From an uncultured delta proteobacterium (GTDB lineage Bacteria; Desulfobacterota; Binatia; UBA9968): a DNA stretch of 64,000 nucleotides. Numbering within the stretch: position 1 is the first letter of the stretch; every line of letters begins with the position of its first letter. Shown here piece by piece: positions 9,239 to 19,264 of the stretch. The position numbers were made by a program, and so were the translations under genes. The notes under the pieces were generated by a model that had not been told where the DNA came from, did no database searches, and saw only the letters and a list, made by a program, of their open reading frames with translations. The DNA lies in contig CAWJBB010000069.1 of assembly GCA_963840855.1 (NCBI GenBank), forward strand, positions 56,290-120,289. The letters are read 5' to 3'.

Positions 9239-10390
9239 CTATTCCGATTCGGCACACGACCACTCAAAGAGATTGTCGTACACCAGTCCCCAAGGCGGCC
9301 GCAGAAAGCCGAGCGCACGAACATCTTCGTACCAGTAGCCGAACGGTGAGGATCGCGAGAACGTCCCTCCACCGATCACCCGACAAATCCGCCCCGTGGC
9401 AGACTCCGCCAATTCTGCGATAGCCGTTTTCGCCTGCGCCGCCCGGCGCCGCCCTTCGTTCCCCTCCTCGACGGCGCGGAGCATGCCGTCGTACGCTTGC
9501 TCAATCAACCAGCCTTCCATCTCGGCTCTCGACCATTCGACCCGCTCGTAGGCGCGCAAAGTATCGCGCCGCCTGACCATGTGCTGGCGCGCCGACGTGA
9601 CTGCGGTCTCGACGACTCCAACGATGACCGAAGCGAAAGCACATTGGATGAATCCGCCGGTGGCTTCTATCCTTTTCAGAAGGTTCCCCGGGTGGGCACT
9701 ACGCTGGCCAGGGAAGTTCGCGAACGCCATCGCGTGACTCTGAGTGGCTACCATTCCATGACCATCCCAGGGTGCTGTTAGAGTCACCCCCGTTGTGCCG
9801 TCCCAGGGCACGCCCCGCATATCGAGGAAGAACAAGTCGGGGGTTGTCTCTCCCTCTGGGAGAGCCGTCGTGATCATATAGGAGGTTATCCCGGAACCGC
9901 TCCCGAACTGCTTCTGGCCGGTGATCAGATAACGGCCGTCGCTGCCCGCAGGGCGCGCAGTCGCCTTCGTCTTCGCCATGTCGCCACCACTACCAGGCTC
10001 TGATGTGATGGTTCCCCACCAGGCGCCTTCTCTCACCGTTTGGAAAATCTCAGAGCGTTGCGCGACCCATGCCTCCTGAGATGGCGGAGGCACTTCCGGT
10101 GAGGTCAGCCATACAGCGAGGACCGACGGGTGCATCGCACAAACAAGCGCAACGGAAGGATCCCCGTGCGCCAGAATTCGCAGCGTTTCGCAAACGGGAC
10201 GTGTCGAACGGCGCAGGTCCTGCCAGACACCGCCCTCCTCGACCGGGACGCCGGTGAGGAGAAACCCGGCATCCCGCAGCGACGCGAAGTCAGCAGTGAC
10301 CAATGCGCGCCGTTGCTGGCGCTCAGTGCGCTCGGCGGCAAAGCGGGACGATATGTCCCCCAGATTCTTGAGGACGGTATGGATGTCCAT
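9239..10390 (-). CDS. Acyl-CoA dehydrogenase family protein (possibly DszC/SfnB-like flavin monooxygenase)
   Basis: TSEPGSGGD, ITGQKQFGSG, WDGHGM.AT.SH, GGGTF…YEDVR. Start moved to the ATG after an AGGAGG RBS. Confidence 0.85.
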   Translation of the reverse strand: MDIHTVLKNLGDISSRFAAERTERQQRRALVTADFASLRDAGFLLTGVPVEEGGVWQDLRRSTRPVCETLRILAHGDPSVALVCAMHPSVLAVWLTSPEVPPPSQEAWVAQRSEIFQTVREGAWWGTITSEPGSGGDMAKTKATARPAGSDGRYLITGQKQFGSGSGITSYMITTALPEGETTPDLFFLDMRGVPWDGTTGVTLTAPWDGHGMVATQSHAMAFANFPGQRSAHPGNLLKRIEATGGFIQCAFASVIVGVVETAVTSARQHMVRRRDTLRAYERVEWSRAEMEGWLIEQAYDGMLRAVEEGNEGRRRAAQAKTAIAELAESATGRICRVIGGGTFSRSSPFGYWYEDVRALGFLRPPWGLVYDNLFEWSCAESE

Positions 10391-10426
10391 CGCTTCCCTC
10401 CTTGCCAATAACTCGTCGGTCAAGTC

Positions 10427-10484
10427 GCCTAACGTACCGCTCAGCCGGCGCTTTTAGTGATCGGTCTGAAGCGAAAAGTTAGGC
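10427..10484 (-). mobile_element. Integron attC site (58 bp)
   Basis: Minus strand: GCCTAAC-TTTTC-GCTTCAGACCG…CGGCTGAGC-GGTAC-GTTAGGC, with perfect R boxes and two extrahelical bases. Lies 24 bp after the stop at 10509. Confidence 0.88.
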
Positions 10485-10508
10485 AATTCAAAGTCGAGCA
10501 ATAACCCT

Positions 10509-11552
10509 TCACGTTCGTTGTCTGATGTAGCGCAATACACCAAGGTCACCAGCCCGTGAAGAAGCGCGGAACATATCCGCCGCCTCTTTAGCGAACATAA
10601 CATCAACGTCAGCCTTCTCCCGCGTCAAGCCCTGCTCGTAAATATAACGTGCTAATGTTTCCAGCGCCGAGCGATTAGCCTCAACTCCATAGGCGAAAGG
10701 GTCTTTCCCGAAGAAGCGGAAGTTTTCCTCGAGATGCCAGTGAAGCCAAGGCAGGGATGTTTGGTATACGCTCGGATCACCAAGATTTTGATAACAATGC
10801 CTCTTGGCGTCTTCAAACGCCTTCATGAGACTTGCGGCGATCCACTGGTTGTGATCGTAGATGTCTCGCTTGATGGCGATCGTATGCATAATTGGAAAGA
10901 TTCCAGTTTTCTTGTAATAGGCCATTTCCACATCTCGATAATTCGGGAAAAGACGGTACACATTGGGAGAGCCGTTCAAAAAAGAGGATGGCGCCAGGGA
11001 GGTAATCATTGCATCCAGCTCGCCGGCTTCAAGCATTCCATTGATTGTTTTACCAGGCGGGATTTCTTGAAGATGGATTCTGGGAGGAAGGTTTAGTTCT
11101 ACTCGTTCAACCGGATCTGGAGCTTCAATCCCGCCTCGGTACCAGGATACTTTCGTCAGATCAACACCATACTCATCCTGCAAGATTCCCCGTGCCCAAA
11201 CTGCAGCGGTCTGTGAATACTCTGGTCCGCCGACCTTTTTTCCTTCGAGGTCTTTAGGCTCCCGGATTCCTGAGCGCGCATTGATGTAGATGTCCGCATG
11301 CCGGAAAACTTTGGAGGGGAAAACAGGGATAGCAATGTACGGTTTCGGAATGCGTTCGCGTGTGGTGACGTAACCTGAAGTTGAAATCTCAGTTACGTCA
11401 AATTCCGAGTGATGGAGCACCCGCCAGAATGTTTCCCAAGGCTTCAGTTGAACGTAATTGAGCTCGATCCCTTCAGGTTGAACTGTGCCATCGATCAACG
11501 CAGCAGTGCGGTCGTAATAACGGAGCGCCATGTTGAGGCGTAGTTTAGACAT
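10509..11552 (-). CDS. 4,5-dihydroxyphthalate decarboxylase-like protein (periplasmic-binding fold)
   Basis: YDRTAALIDG.V.PEGI, AIPVFPS..FRH, EYSQTAAVWARGIL, TGIFPIMH motifs. Confidence 0.85.
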   Translation of the reverse strand: MSKLRLNMALRYYDRTAALIDGTVQPEGIELNYVQLKPWETFWRVLHHSEFDVTEISTSGYVTTRERIPKPYIAIPVFPSKVFRHADIYINARSGIREPKDLEGKKVGGPEYSQTAAVWARGILQDEYGVDLTKVSWYRGGIEAPDPVERVELNLPPRIHLQEIPPGKTINGMLEAGELDAMITSLAPSSFLNGSPNVYRLFPNYRDVEMAYYKKTGIFPIMHTIAIKRDIYDHNQWIAASLMKAFEDAKRHCYQNLGDPSVYQTSLPWLHWHLEENFRFFGKDPFAYGVEANRSALETLARYIYEQGLTREKADVDVMFAKEAADMFRASSRAGDLGVLRYIRQRT

Positions 11553-11623
11553 ACACGCCTCCTACTGTTTTCAGGGTAACTCGAGGAAATGTCCGGCGAG
11601 GCATTTCCTTAAATGAATATTTC

Positions 11624-11677
11624 GCCTAACTATTAGGTGAGCCGCCATAGGCAGCGACAAAGGCCGGTCGGCTCATC
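11624..11677 (-). mobile_element. Degenerate attC (R' and L boxes kept, R'' lost)
   Basis: Minus strand: GATGAGCCGACC…GGCGGCTCACC-TAATA-GTTAGGC. Confidence 0.55.
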
Positions 11678-11837
11678 TCCGGCGACGGCCTCGACAATGA
11701 AATCCAAATCGGCTGCAATATCCACCAGCTACCCCAATTTGTCAACGTTTCGTTTCCCGACAAAAGCCGCCAGGGCGGCGGGTTATCTCCCTAACGAACG
11801 GCCGCTTATCGCGGCCAGACCATCGCAAAGTTCCCGC

Positions 11838-11907
11838 AGGATTGAACTGAACGACGCAACGGACAAATCTCACAGGATTGAGTCGATGGAGAATTCAGTT
11901 CAATCCT
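11838..11907. repeat. 70-bp imperfect palindrome, copy 4
   Basis: Near-identical to copy 1. Confidence 0.95.
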
Positions 11908-11931
11908 GGCATCGCAGCTTGGTTTTCTGCA

Positions 11932-12912
11932 TCACTTGAGCACTTTATCCGCCCGCGCCAGCACGTTCGGCGGAATCGTGAGACCGATTTGCTTCGCCGT
12001 CTTGAGATTGATCACCAACTCGAACTTCATCGGCTGCTCCACGGGCAGGTCGGCGGGCTTCGTTCCTTTTAGGATCTTGTCGACATATCGAGCGCCGTCT
12101 CGGCCCTCGGTACCGTAACCGGGTCCGTAGGACATCAGGCAACCATTGTCCACATAATCTCCCCGAGCGCATATCACCGGCAACCGATTGTGGATCGCAA
12201 GGTCCGCGATCAGTTTTTGGTTAGAATTGGCCAACGGGTTCAGCGTCACGGCGAGAGCGGCGCTACGCGCCTTAATTGCCTCTTTGAACGCATCCGGGTA
12301 TTTGTCGGCACTGTTTACCTCCATAGAATAAAGTTGCAGACCCAGTTCCCGTGCCGGCAGTAGGCTTTCTTTCCATTGTGGTGCAGAGCCTGGAGCCTGG
12401 GGATCCCACAGGACCGCAACTCGGGAAAGCTTTGGAACGGTTTCCTTAAGCAGCTCCAGTCGTTTGCCAGTCAAAATCGCCGCAATGTTGGTGATTCCCG
12501 TGCTGTTTCCTCCAGGTCGCGCCAAGCTTTCGACCAGCCCTGCCACAACAGGATCAGTCACACCCATAAAAACGATGGGAATCGTCTTAGTAGCGTTCTT
12601 GGCAGCTAGAGCAGCATTGGTTGTGACCGCCACGAGTACGTCAATCTTTAGATGCACCAGCTCGGAGGCAAGGTCGGGAAGCCGATCGAACTTGCTCCGC
12701 ATATCGGGAATCAATGGCGATGTTCTGTCCCTCAATATAGCCGAGATCACGCAGACCTTGCCGAATGCCTCCAGACGGGGCGCGTCAGCGGAAGCGGAGA
12801 CAGCCGCCAAATAACCTACTCGCGGGACTTTCTTGGGCTGCTGCGCCGTGGCGGGAAAGCTAAACGCAAAGAGCATGGCGCAAAGAGCAAGGACGGTGAT
12901 TTTTCTCTTCAT
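11932..12912 (-). CDS. ABC transporter substrate-binding protein (ABC_sub_bind family) with a short internal compensated frameshift
   Basis: Family motifs intact. About 22 residues near 12697-12763 read correctly (QGLRDLGYIEGQNIAIDSRYAE) only in another frame. Confidence 0.88.
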   Translation of the reverse strand: MKRKITVLALCAMLFAFSFPATAQQPKKVPRVGYLAAVSASADAPRLEAFGKVCVISAILRDRTSPLIPDMRSKFDRLPDLASELVHLKIDVLVAVTTNAALAAKNATKTIPIVFMGVTDPVVAGLVESLARPGGNSTGITNIAAILTGKRLELLKETVPKLSRVAVLWDPQAPGSAPQWKESLLPARELGLQLYSMEVNSADKYPDAFKEAIKARSAALAVTLNPLANSNQKLIADLAIHNRLPVICARGDYVDNGCLMSYGPGYGTEGRDGARYVDKILKGTKPADLPVEQPMKFELVINLKTAKQIGLTIPPNVLARADKVLK

Positions 12913-13079
12913 ATTTTTCTTTGCCTCTCGTCACTCGTCACATGACACTCGTCCCCCTCACCTTATTGCGCACCTCGTTTCGTGCGTTACTTATCACGCG
13001 GATAGCGATAAAGGAAAGTGTGATTTGCGGGCGGAAGCGGACAGGTATTAGTCTGAGTAGGAAAGGCCGGATTTCTCCT

Positions 13080-13108
13080 AAGATTGAACTGACGCTTCTG
13101 TGGAATCC
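13080..13108. repeat. Degenerate left arm of the 70-bp palindrome (4-bp deletion)
   Basis: AAGATTGAACT----GACGCTTCTGTGGAATCC against the left-arm consensus. Confidence 0.6.
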
Positions 13109-13155
13109 AGGTCCCAAATATTTGTGATCTCGGATTCAATGGGAGATGGGTAGAT

Positions 13156-15110
13156 TTATTTCGGACGCTGGATGCGCAGCGCCCTGATGCGGGAGTTGAG
13201 CGTCGAAGGATTCATGCCGAGCAGCGCGGCGGCGCCGTCTTTGCCGGCCACGCGCCACGCTGTGGATTCCAGGGCACGCAGGATATTCTCGCGCTCTAAC
13301 TGTTGCAGGTCGCGAATTCGAAGAATGCGGTTTGAAGCCTCCGGCGTCGTCTCTTCTGCTGGCCGCCTTTCAGGAATTGTCTGACCGCCGGCATCCGGTA
13401 GAGCGCGGTCGAGATTGAGACGGCCGTCCCGAGAAGTAATGACCGCGCGCTCGATGACGTTTTGCAACTCGCGCACGTTGCCCGGCCATGAATAAGCCAT
13501 GAGCCGTCGCTTGTATTCGTCGGATAACGGTTCGATCTTCCGTCCCAACCGTTGGGCGAACTTGGCGGCGAAAGCGGAGGCGAGCAGAATGACATCATCG
13601 CTCCGCTTCCTCAAGGGCGGCACTTCGATGGGAAAAACGTTCAACCGATAATACAGGTCTTCTCTGAACGCTCCGTCTCTTACGGCTTGGCCGAGATCTC
13701 GATTCGTCGCGGCCATCACGCGAACGTCCACTTTATTCGTATGTGAACTGCCGACGGGCGCGATTTCGCCCTCCTGCAAGACGCGCAGTAGTTTAGCTTG
13801 TAAATCAAGGGACAATTCGGCAATCTCGTCGAGAAAAATCGTCCCATGATCCGCCAGCGCGAAGCGTCCCTCACGTTTTTGAGTCGCTCCTGTAAAAGCG
13901 CCCTTTTCATGTCCGAAAAATTCGCTCTCCATAAGCGCAGCCGGGATCGCCGCACAGTTGATCGTGATGAGCGGCTTGTCGCGCCGGCGGCTGGCCCCAT
14001 GGATCGCCCGAGCGATCAGCTCTTTTCCCGTGCCGGTCTCGCCGAGAATCAGAACCGTCGCGTCAGTGACCGCGACTTGCTCGACGTCTTCCAAGACACG
14101 CTTCAGCGCATCGCTCTGTCCGAGAATTTCGTCAAACCCGCGGAGGCTTTTGATCTCCTCCCGCAGATACGCCGCTTCCGCCGCCAGCGAATGAATTTTG
14201 CGGTCGGCTTCGAGTCTATCATTGATGTTTCTCAGGATAACGGAGTAGAAGCTCCGCCGCTCAATCTCAAAATGCGACAAGGTCGCCTCGGCTGGAAACT
14301 CCTTCCCGCCTACGGGCAAGGCTTGAAGCCCGCCTGGAATCCATAAGGACCGGCGTCCTGGGGTGCCGGCGCCAAGTTCGTGAATTAGGGTCGTGAGTTT
14401 CCTCCGACTTTCCTCAGAGAGAAGCGTGCTGAAACTTTCACCCATCACCTGTTGGGCCTCGCAATGAAAGGCTTGCTCCGCGGCGGGATTCATCCGGGTC
14501 ACCTTCAGGCTCTCATCGAATTCGATGACGGCATCCATGGCGCTGTCGAACAGCCCGCGTAGTTTTTCTTCGCGCTCCCGAACTTGTTTCTCGGCCCGCA
14601 GTCTTTGCATTTCGGCGGTCGCGCGAGCGGCAAAAATATTGAAAAGCGCAAGCACCCGCGGCTCTTCTGGCATGGGCCGTCGATCGATCACCGCCAAGTG
14701 CCCTAAAATTCTGCCGTCAACGTCCTTTAAAGGCATTCCCATGTAGCTGACGGCGCCGACGTCTTTAATGTCCGGATCATCGGGGTACAGTTCGAGCAAA
14801 TTGTCAGGGAAATGGACAAAGATTGGCCGTGTCGATGACTTGCTCGCACGGTGTTCCGGCGATATCGATCTCGTAATTTTGGATCCATTGCCCGTCCATC
14901 CAAAAGGCAAGCGCCCGAAGCCGGCGGACTTTCTTGGATATACTCCGTGACCCAAGCGCCATGGGTATTCAGCGCTCTGGCCAGATTTTCAACGAGGGCT
15001 GCAAAAAAGCGCTCCCCCGTCTCCTTCGCCGTTCCTTCGAGGATGCTTCGCAGCGCAACTCCTTCATCGAGTCCGCCAAGGGGAAGCGTTATCGGGTGCG
15101 TGTCGGGCAT
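13156..15110 (-). CDS. Sigma-54-dependent activator (GAF-PAS-AAA+-HTH, FhlA-like), frameshifted near the N-terminus
   Basis: GETGTGKE, GAFTGA, FLDEI, WPGNVREL and C-terminal HTH. The N-terminus lies in ORF 14727-15110. Confidence 0.9.
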
Positions 15111-15320
15111 TGGAAATAGCTAGTGCATCGCGCCGGGATCGCAGCGATAAACCGGCGACCGTACCATGGTTTTGTACCCGCAATATCCGAGACCGGCAAG
15201 CTCATGTCAAGCGCACAAAACTCGGGAAGCACTGAGGGGATTTTTCTGGAGTGGGGATGGCGGAGCACTCGTTTTTCACAAACTTTTTTTACGGCGCCAG
15301 GGGCGATGCGGCAAGGTCGG

Positions 15321-16183
15321 TTATCGACCGGTAATGAGTACGACGCCGGCGACCATTAAAATCACGCCGAAGATGATGCGCGAGTTGACGGTCTCGAGGT
15401 CGCGCAGAAACAGCAAACTAAGAAAGACGGTAAACAGCGGCGTGGTATTGAGCAAAGGAATGATCACCGATAATTGGCCGCGTCCCAATGCAATAAAATT
15501 AAGAATCTGGGCCACCACCGCGACCAGGGCGGCGGCAAAAAAGAACCCAAAACTCTTGCGCTCCATGCGGAATTGCCCCGTCCTGCCGGTGGTGAAAACG
15601 AACATCAATAGCAGAATAAGCGACACGGTCGTGACCACCGCCACCGCCACGAACGGATCAGGAATGATTGCCAGGGCTTGTTTGCGCAGGGTTTGCGAAA
15701 TCGTGGAAATCAACGCGGCGCTGATGGGAAATGCCGTGTCGATAAGGCGCCAATTGGTGTCACCCTTTTGTTTGCCGGAAATCAGCCAGAGGCTACCAAC
15801 GATCAAAGTCGTTCCGAGATAAACCGAAAATCCGGGTTGCTCGTTAAAAATCGTCACAGCCACCAGCGCGGCAAAAAAAGGCTCCACGCCGCGCAGCGGC
15901 CCGGCGCGGGCAACGCCGATGCGGGTGATGCCTTCGTAAAATAGAGCGCGGGCGAGGAGCGGCTGTATACAGCCACTGATCGCGTAGTAGATCATCGCCG
16001 GTGACCTGAGAAAATCCAGGGAGGTGGTCGCAATCAGATAGCTCCACACGCAGAAAATGGAAACGGTGTAGCTCACGAGCATGGCGGCAAAAATATTGGA
16101 CCGCCGCAGTCCGAACCGGACCAAAACAGAATCTCCCGCCCAGCCCATGGCGGAACAGATGGCGACGATTTCAGCGAACAAAG
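15321..16183 (-). CDS. DMT/EamA family transporter
   Basis: About 10 hydrophobic helices in two EamA repeats; start approximate. Confidence 0.85.
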
Positions 16184-16312
16184 GTGACGACTTTCTAAGG
16201 ATTGTTGGAAGATTCAAATAAACTGAGGGGGCGCTATTTTGCAACCTTTGACGTGTTACTCAATAAGACAACGGCTCGTAAAACCTAGTTACCGGCTGTA
16301 TCACTCGAGGGC

Positions 16313-16393
16313 GTCATTCCCGCGAGAGCGGGAAGGTTGATTTGAAACGGCGTTGGCGCGAAGACCGGATGCCCGCTTTTTGCGGGCAGGATG
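16313..16393. repeat. dRS3/REP-like double hairpin
   Basis: GTCATTCCCGCGAGAGCGGGAA … GGATGCCCGCTTTTTGCGGGCA; same family as 55864-55942. Confidence 0.7.
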
Positions 16394-16588
16394 GATGGGA
16401 GATCACCGACTGCTTTGGCAATTGTCTGGGACAGATCAGCAGCGCTGAAAAATTCTTTTTACAGGCTGGTCAAAGGGTCTCAGAGGCACGGCGTGGGATA
16501 CATCAACGGGCGGAAATCGTACTCTCGTTTCTCGTACTCGTGATGGGGCGAACACAAGCGACGAACACGAACAACGAAAACTACCCGC

Positions 16589-16798
16589 CTAGGCGATGTC
16601 GCGAATGCGCGAAAAGGTGGCTTGCAGCTTGCTCAGCTCAGCCCTAAACCAGCGCTGCGTTCGCTGATGGCGGTTGAGGTGTGGTTTGAGCAAAGACTTG
16701 GGGTACATCTTGGCGCCGCAGGAGTTGCATGTCGCCGCCGAAAAGCTTTTTTTCCTATAAACGATGGTTTTTAAAGCGCCGGCCGATACCGTTTGCAT
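16589..16798 (-). CDS. 69-aa protein with a C2H2 zinc-finger motif
   Basis: GGAGGAGG RBS; CNSC-x12-HLNRH gives C-x2-C-x12-H-x3-H. Confidence 0.75.
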   Translation of the reverse strand: MQTVSAGALKTIVYRKKSFSAATCNSCGAKMYPKSLLKPHLNRHQRTQRWFRAELSKLQATFSRIRDIA

Positions 16799-16828
16799 GA
16801 TCTCCTCCTCCGTTGAAAGAGGTTTGGA

Positions 16829-16843
16829 GCAAAGCACATGCCA
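16829..16843 (-). promoter_or_regulatory. Sigma-54 (-24/-12) promoter
   Basis: TGGCATGTGCTTTGC (GG-N10-GC), 30 bp upstream of the ATG at 16798. Confidence 0.75.
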
Positions 16844-17128
16844 GCCATTACAGCAGGCTGCCAACCTGTGCCAGCCATGATTTTTCTGGTTTCTCGCTCG
16901 AGTGAAAGCAATGGACGGCGTCGCCTGTGAACTTTGTTGCGACAACGTCGTGCCAGCAGTCATATTTTGTGGCGCCGTGCGATGAAGGACAGCCAATCGA
17001 GTGCTTGGCAATTTGCAGCCAGTAAGCGGCGCCTTTTTTTACCCCCTTGGCTTGAGAAAGGCGGGCGGAAGTGAATCTCCAAAAAATCTATTTCAGATGG
17101 CTTTCTCGTGTCAATCCGGCTGAGCACG

Positions 17129-18106
17129 CTATGCTTTGCCGAGGGCTTGGCGTGCGGCGTGGATGATTCGGTTCTTATCGGGAACGAAACTCTTTTCAAG
17201 CGCCGGGCTGGCCGGCACCGGCGCCAGCGGCGCGGCGACGCGCAGGATGGGGCTATCGAGATAATAAAACACGGCTTGCTGCGCTTGGGCGATGATCTCG
17301 GCCGCTATGCCTCCTTGCTCCACGGCTTCGTGGACGATGACCAGGCGGCTGGTTTTCTTGACGGACTCGGCAATGGTCTCGATATCGAGAGGGGAAAGGC
17401 TGCGCGGATCGATGACCTCTACTGAGATGCCCGAGCCAGACAGTTCTTCGGCTGCGGCCAGCGCCGCGCCAAGCATATTGGCTAAGGCAACGATGGTCAG
17501 GTCTATTCCTTCCCGGACGATTGACGCTTTCCCGATAGGCACAACCACGTCACCTTCGGGAACCTGACCGCGCGACCAGTAGAGGCCACGGTGTTCTATA
17601 AAAACCACCGGGTTTTCTTCGCGGATGGCGGACTTGAGTAATCCTCGCGCGTCGGCCGGATTCGACGGCATGACGACTTTTAAGCCGGGCACGTGAGTCA
17701 ACCATGCCTCCAAGCTTTGCGAATGGTGCGCGCCCATGGCGCCGCTGATGCCACACTGGACCCTGACGGTGAGAGGAATTTTTAACTGCCCCCCGGACAT
17801 GTAGTGAAGCTTCGCAGCGTGATTGACTAACTGGTCCAGCGCCAGCGTGATGAAATCGATGAACATGATCTCGACCACAGGCTTGAGTCCCGCCGTGGCG
17901 GCGCCGATCGCCAGGCCCATGACCGTAGCCTCGCTTATGGGTGTATTCACCACACGGTTAGGGCCGAATTTTTCCGCGAGACCTTTCGTCACGCCGAAGG
18001 GACCGCCGAGGGACACGTCTTCACCGAAGAGGTAAACCGACGTATCGCGGTTCATCTCTTCAGCCAGTCCGGCGCCGATGGCGTCTAAAAAGGTTTGTTC
18101 AGTCAT
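17129..18106 (-). CDS. TPP-dependent dehydrogenase E1 beta subunit (AcoB/PdhB-like)
   Basis: GEDV, NTPISE, EIMFIDF, HHSQS and VEVIDPRSL motifs. Confidence 0.93.
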   Translation of the reverse strand: MTEQTFLDAIGAGLAEEMNRDTSVYLFGEDVSLGGPFGVTKGLAEKFGPNRVVNTPISEATVMGLAIGAATAGLKPVVEIMFIDFITLALDQLVNHAAKLHYMSGGQLKIPLTVRVQCGISGAMGAHHSQSLEAWLTHVPGLKVVMPSNPADARGLLKSAIREENPVVFIEHRGLYWSRGQVPEGDVVVPIGKASIVREGIDLTIVALANMLGAALAAAEELSGSGISVEVIDPRSLSPLDIETIAESVKKTSRLVIVHEAVEQGGIAAEIIAQAQQAVFYYLDSPILRVAAPLAPVPASPALEKSFVPDKNRIIHAARQALGKA

Positions 18107-18170
18107 AACTGCTTTGGTTCCAATGGTTCCAGTGGTTTCAATCGTTCCAATCGTTGAACAAAGAGGTGTA

Positions 18171-19142
18171 TCAGTCAGCGGTCACCTGAGTCGCGACTTC
18201 CTCGTTCGATGGCCAGGGAGAGGAAAGAGAGAACGCGGCGGCCTTTTCGGCGCGGGCGCGCGCGTCGTTTTCGAGATCTTCAAGCTCTTTGTCAGATATG
18301 ATTTTCTTGCTCTTTAACAGCCGAGATACGCGCGCGATGGGATCTTTCTTTTTCCACTCGGTGAGCTGCGAAAGCTCCCGGTATTTCGCCGGGTCCCCTT
18401 CATAGTGGCCGCGCATGCGGTGCGTGAGGCATTCGACGAAAACCGGTCCTTGACCCTTTCGACAATGCTCGACCGCTTTGCTCATCGCCCGGCGCACCGC
18501 CAGCAAATCATTTCCATCCACCGTGCTTGCGGGGATGCCGTAAGTCTTGGCATGCTGCGCCAAGCGCTCGATTTTCGTATGAGCCGAGAGCGGCGTGAAC
18601 TCGGCGTAACCGTTGTTTTCGCAGACGAAGATGACGGGAAGTTGCCAGAGGCTGGCGATGTTAAGCGACTCGTGAAAATGGCCGGCTTGACCGGCCCCGT
18701 CGCCGAAGAAGACCACGGCAACCTGGCGTTGTTTCTTTTCCTTGGCGGCGAATGCCGCACCGAGAGCCAGGGGAATTGTGCCGCCGACGACGCCGGTGGC
18801 CGTAATGAAACCCGCTTCGGCCGCGACGATATGCATTGAGCCGCCTTTACCGCCGCAGTAACCGTTGGCGCGGCCGGCGATCTCGGCCATGAGCCGATTG
18901 ATGTCGGCGCCTTTGGCAATGGCGTGGCCATGCGAGCGGTGGCCGCCGAAGACGTAGTCATCGTTGCGCAAGAGGCTGCAAGCGCCCACCGCCACTGCTT
19001 CCTGGCCGATGCCCAGATGGAGCAGGCCGACGATTTCGCGCGCGGCGTAGAGCTCCGAGACTTTCTCTTCAAAAGCGCGGATGAGCCACATGCGGCGCAG
19101 TAGGTCGACTAGCGCCTTCGGAGTTTCTTTTTTAGCCGCCAT
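18171..19142 (-). CDS. TPP-dependent dehydrogenase E1 alpha subunit (AcoA/PdhA-like)
   Basis: GQEA, HRSHGH, GKGGSMH, GDG…ENN TPP motif, RMRGH. Confidence 0.93.
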   Translation of the reverse strand: MAAKKETPKALVDLLRRMWLIRAFEEKVSELYAAREIVGLLHLGIGQEAVAVGACSLLRNDDYVFGGHRSHGHAIAKGADINRLMAEIAGRANGYCGGKGGSMHIVAAEAGFITATGVVGGTIPLALGAAFAAKEKKQRQVAVVFFGDGAGQAGHFHESLNIASLWQLPVIFVCENNGYAEFTPLSAHTKIERLAQHAKTYGIPASTVDGNDLLAVRRAMSKAVEHCRKGQGPVFVECLTHRMRGHYEGDPAKYRELSQLTEWKKKDPIARVSRLLKSKKIISDKELEDLENDARARAEKAAAFSLSSPWPSNEEVATQVTAD

Positions 19143-19264
19143 AAATTTTTGTTCGCAAGAATCCTGGAACGCGCCATTAGATCAAGGGACTGTTAAAATG
19201 CGCCGACCCGTCCAACTTTCTCTGCCCGAATCAGGGAAACGCGGGACTCCGGACTTGAAATCGT

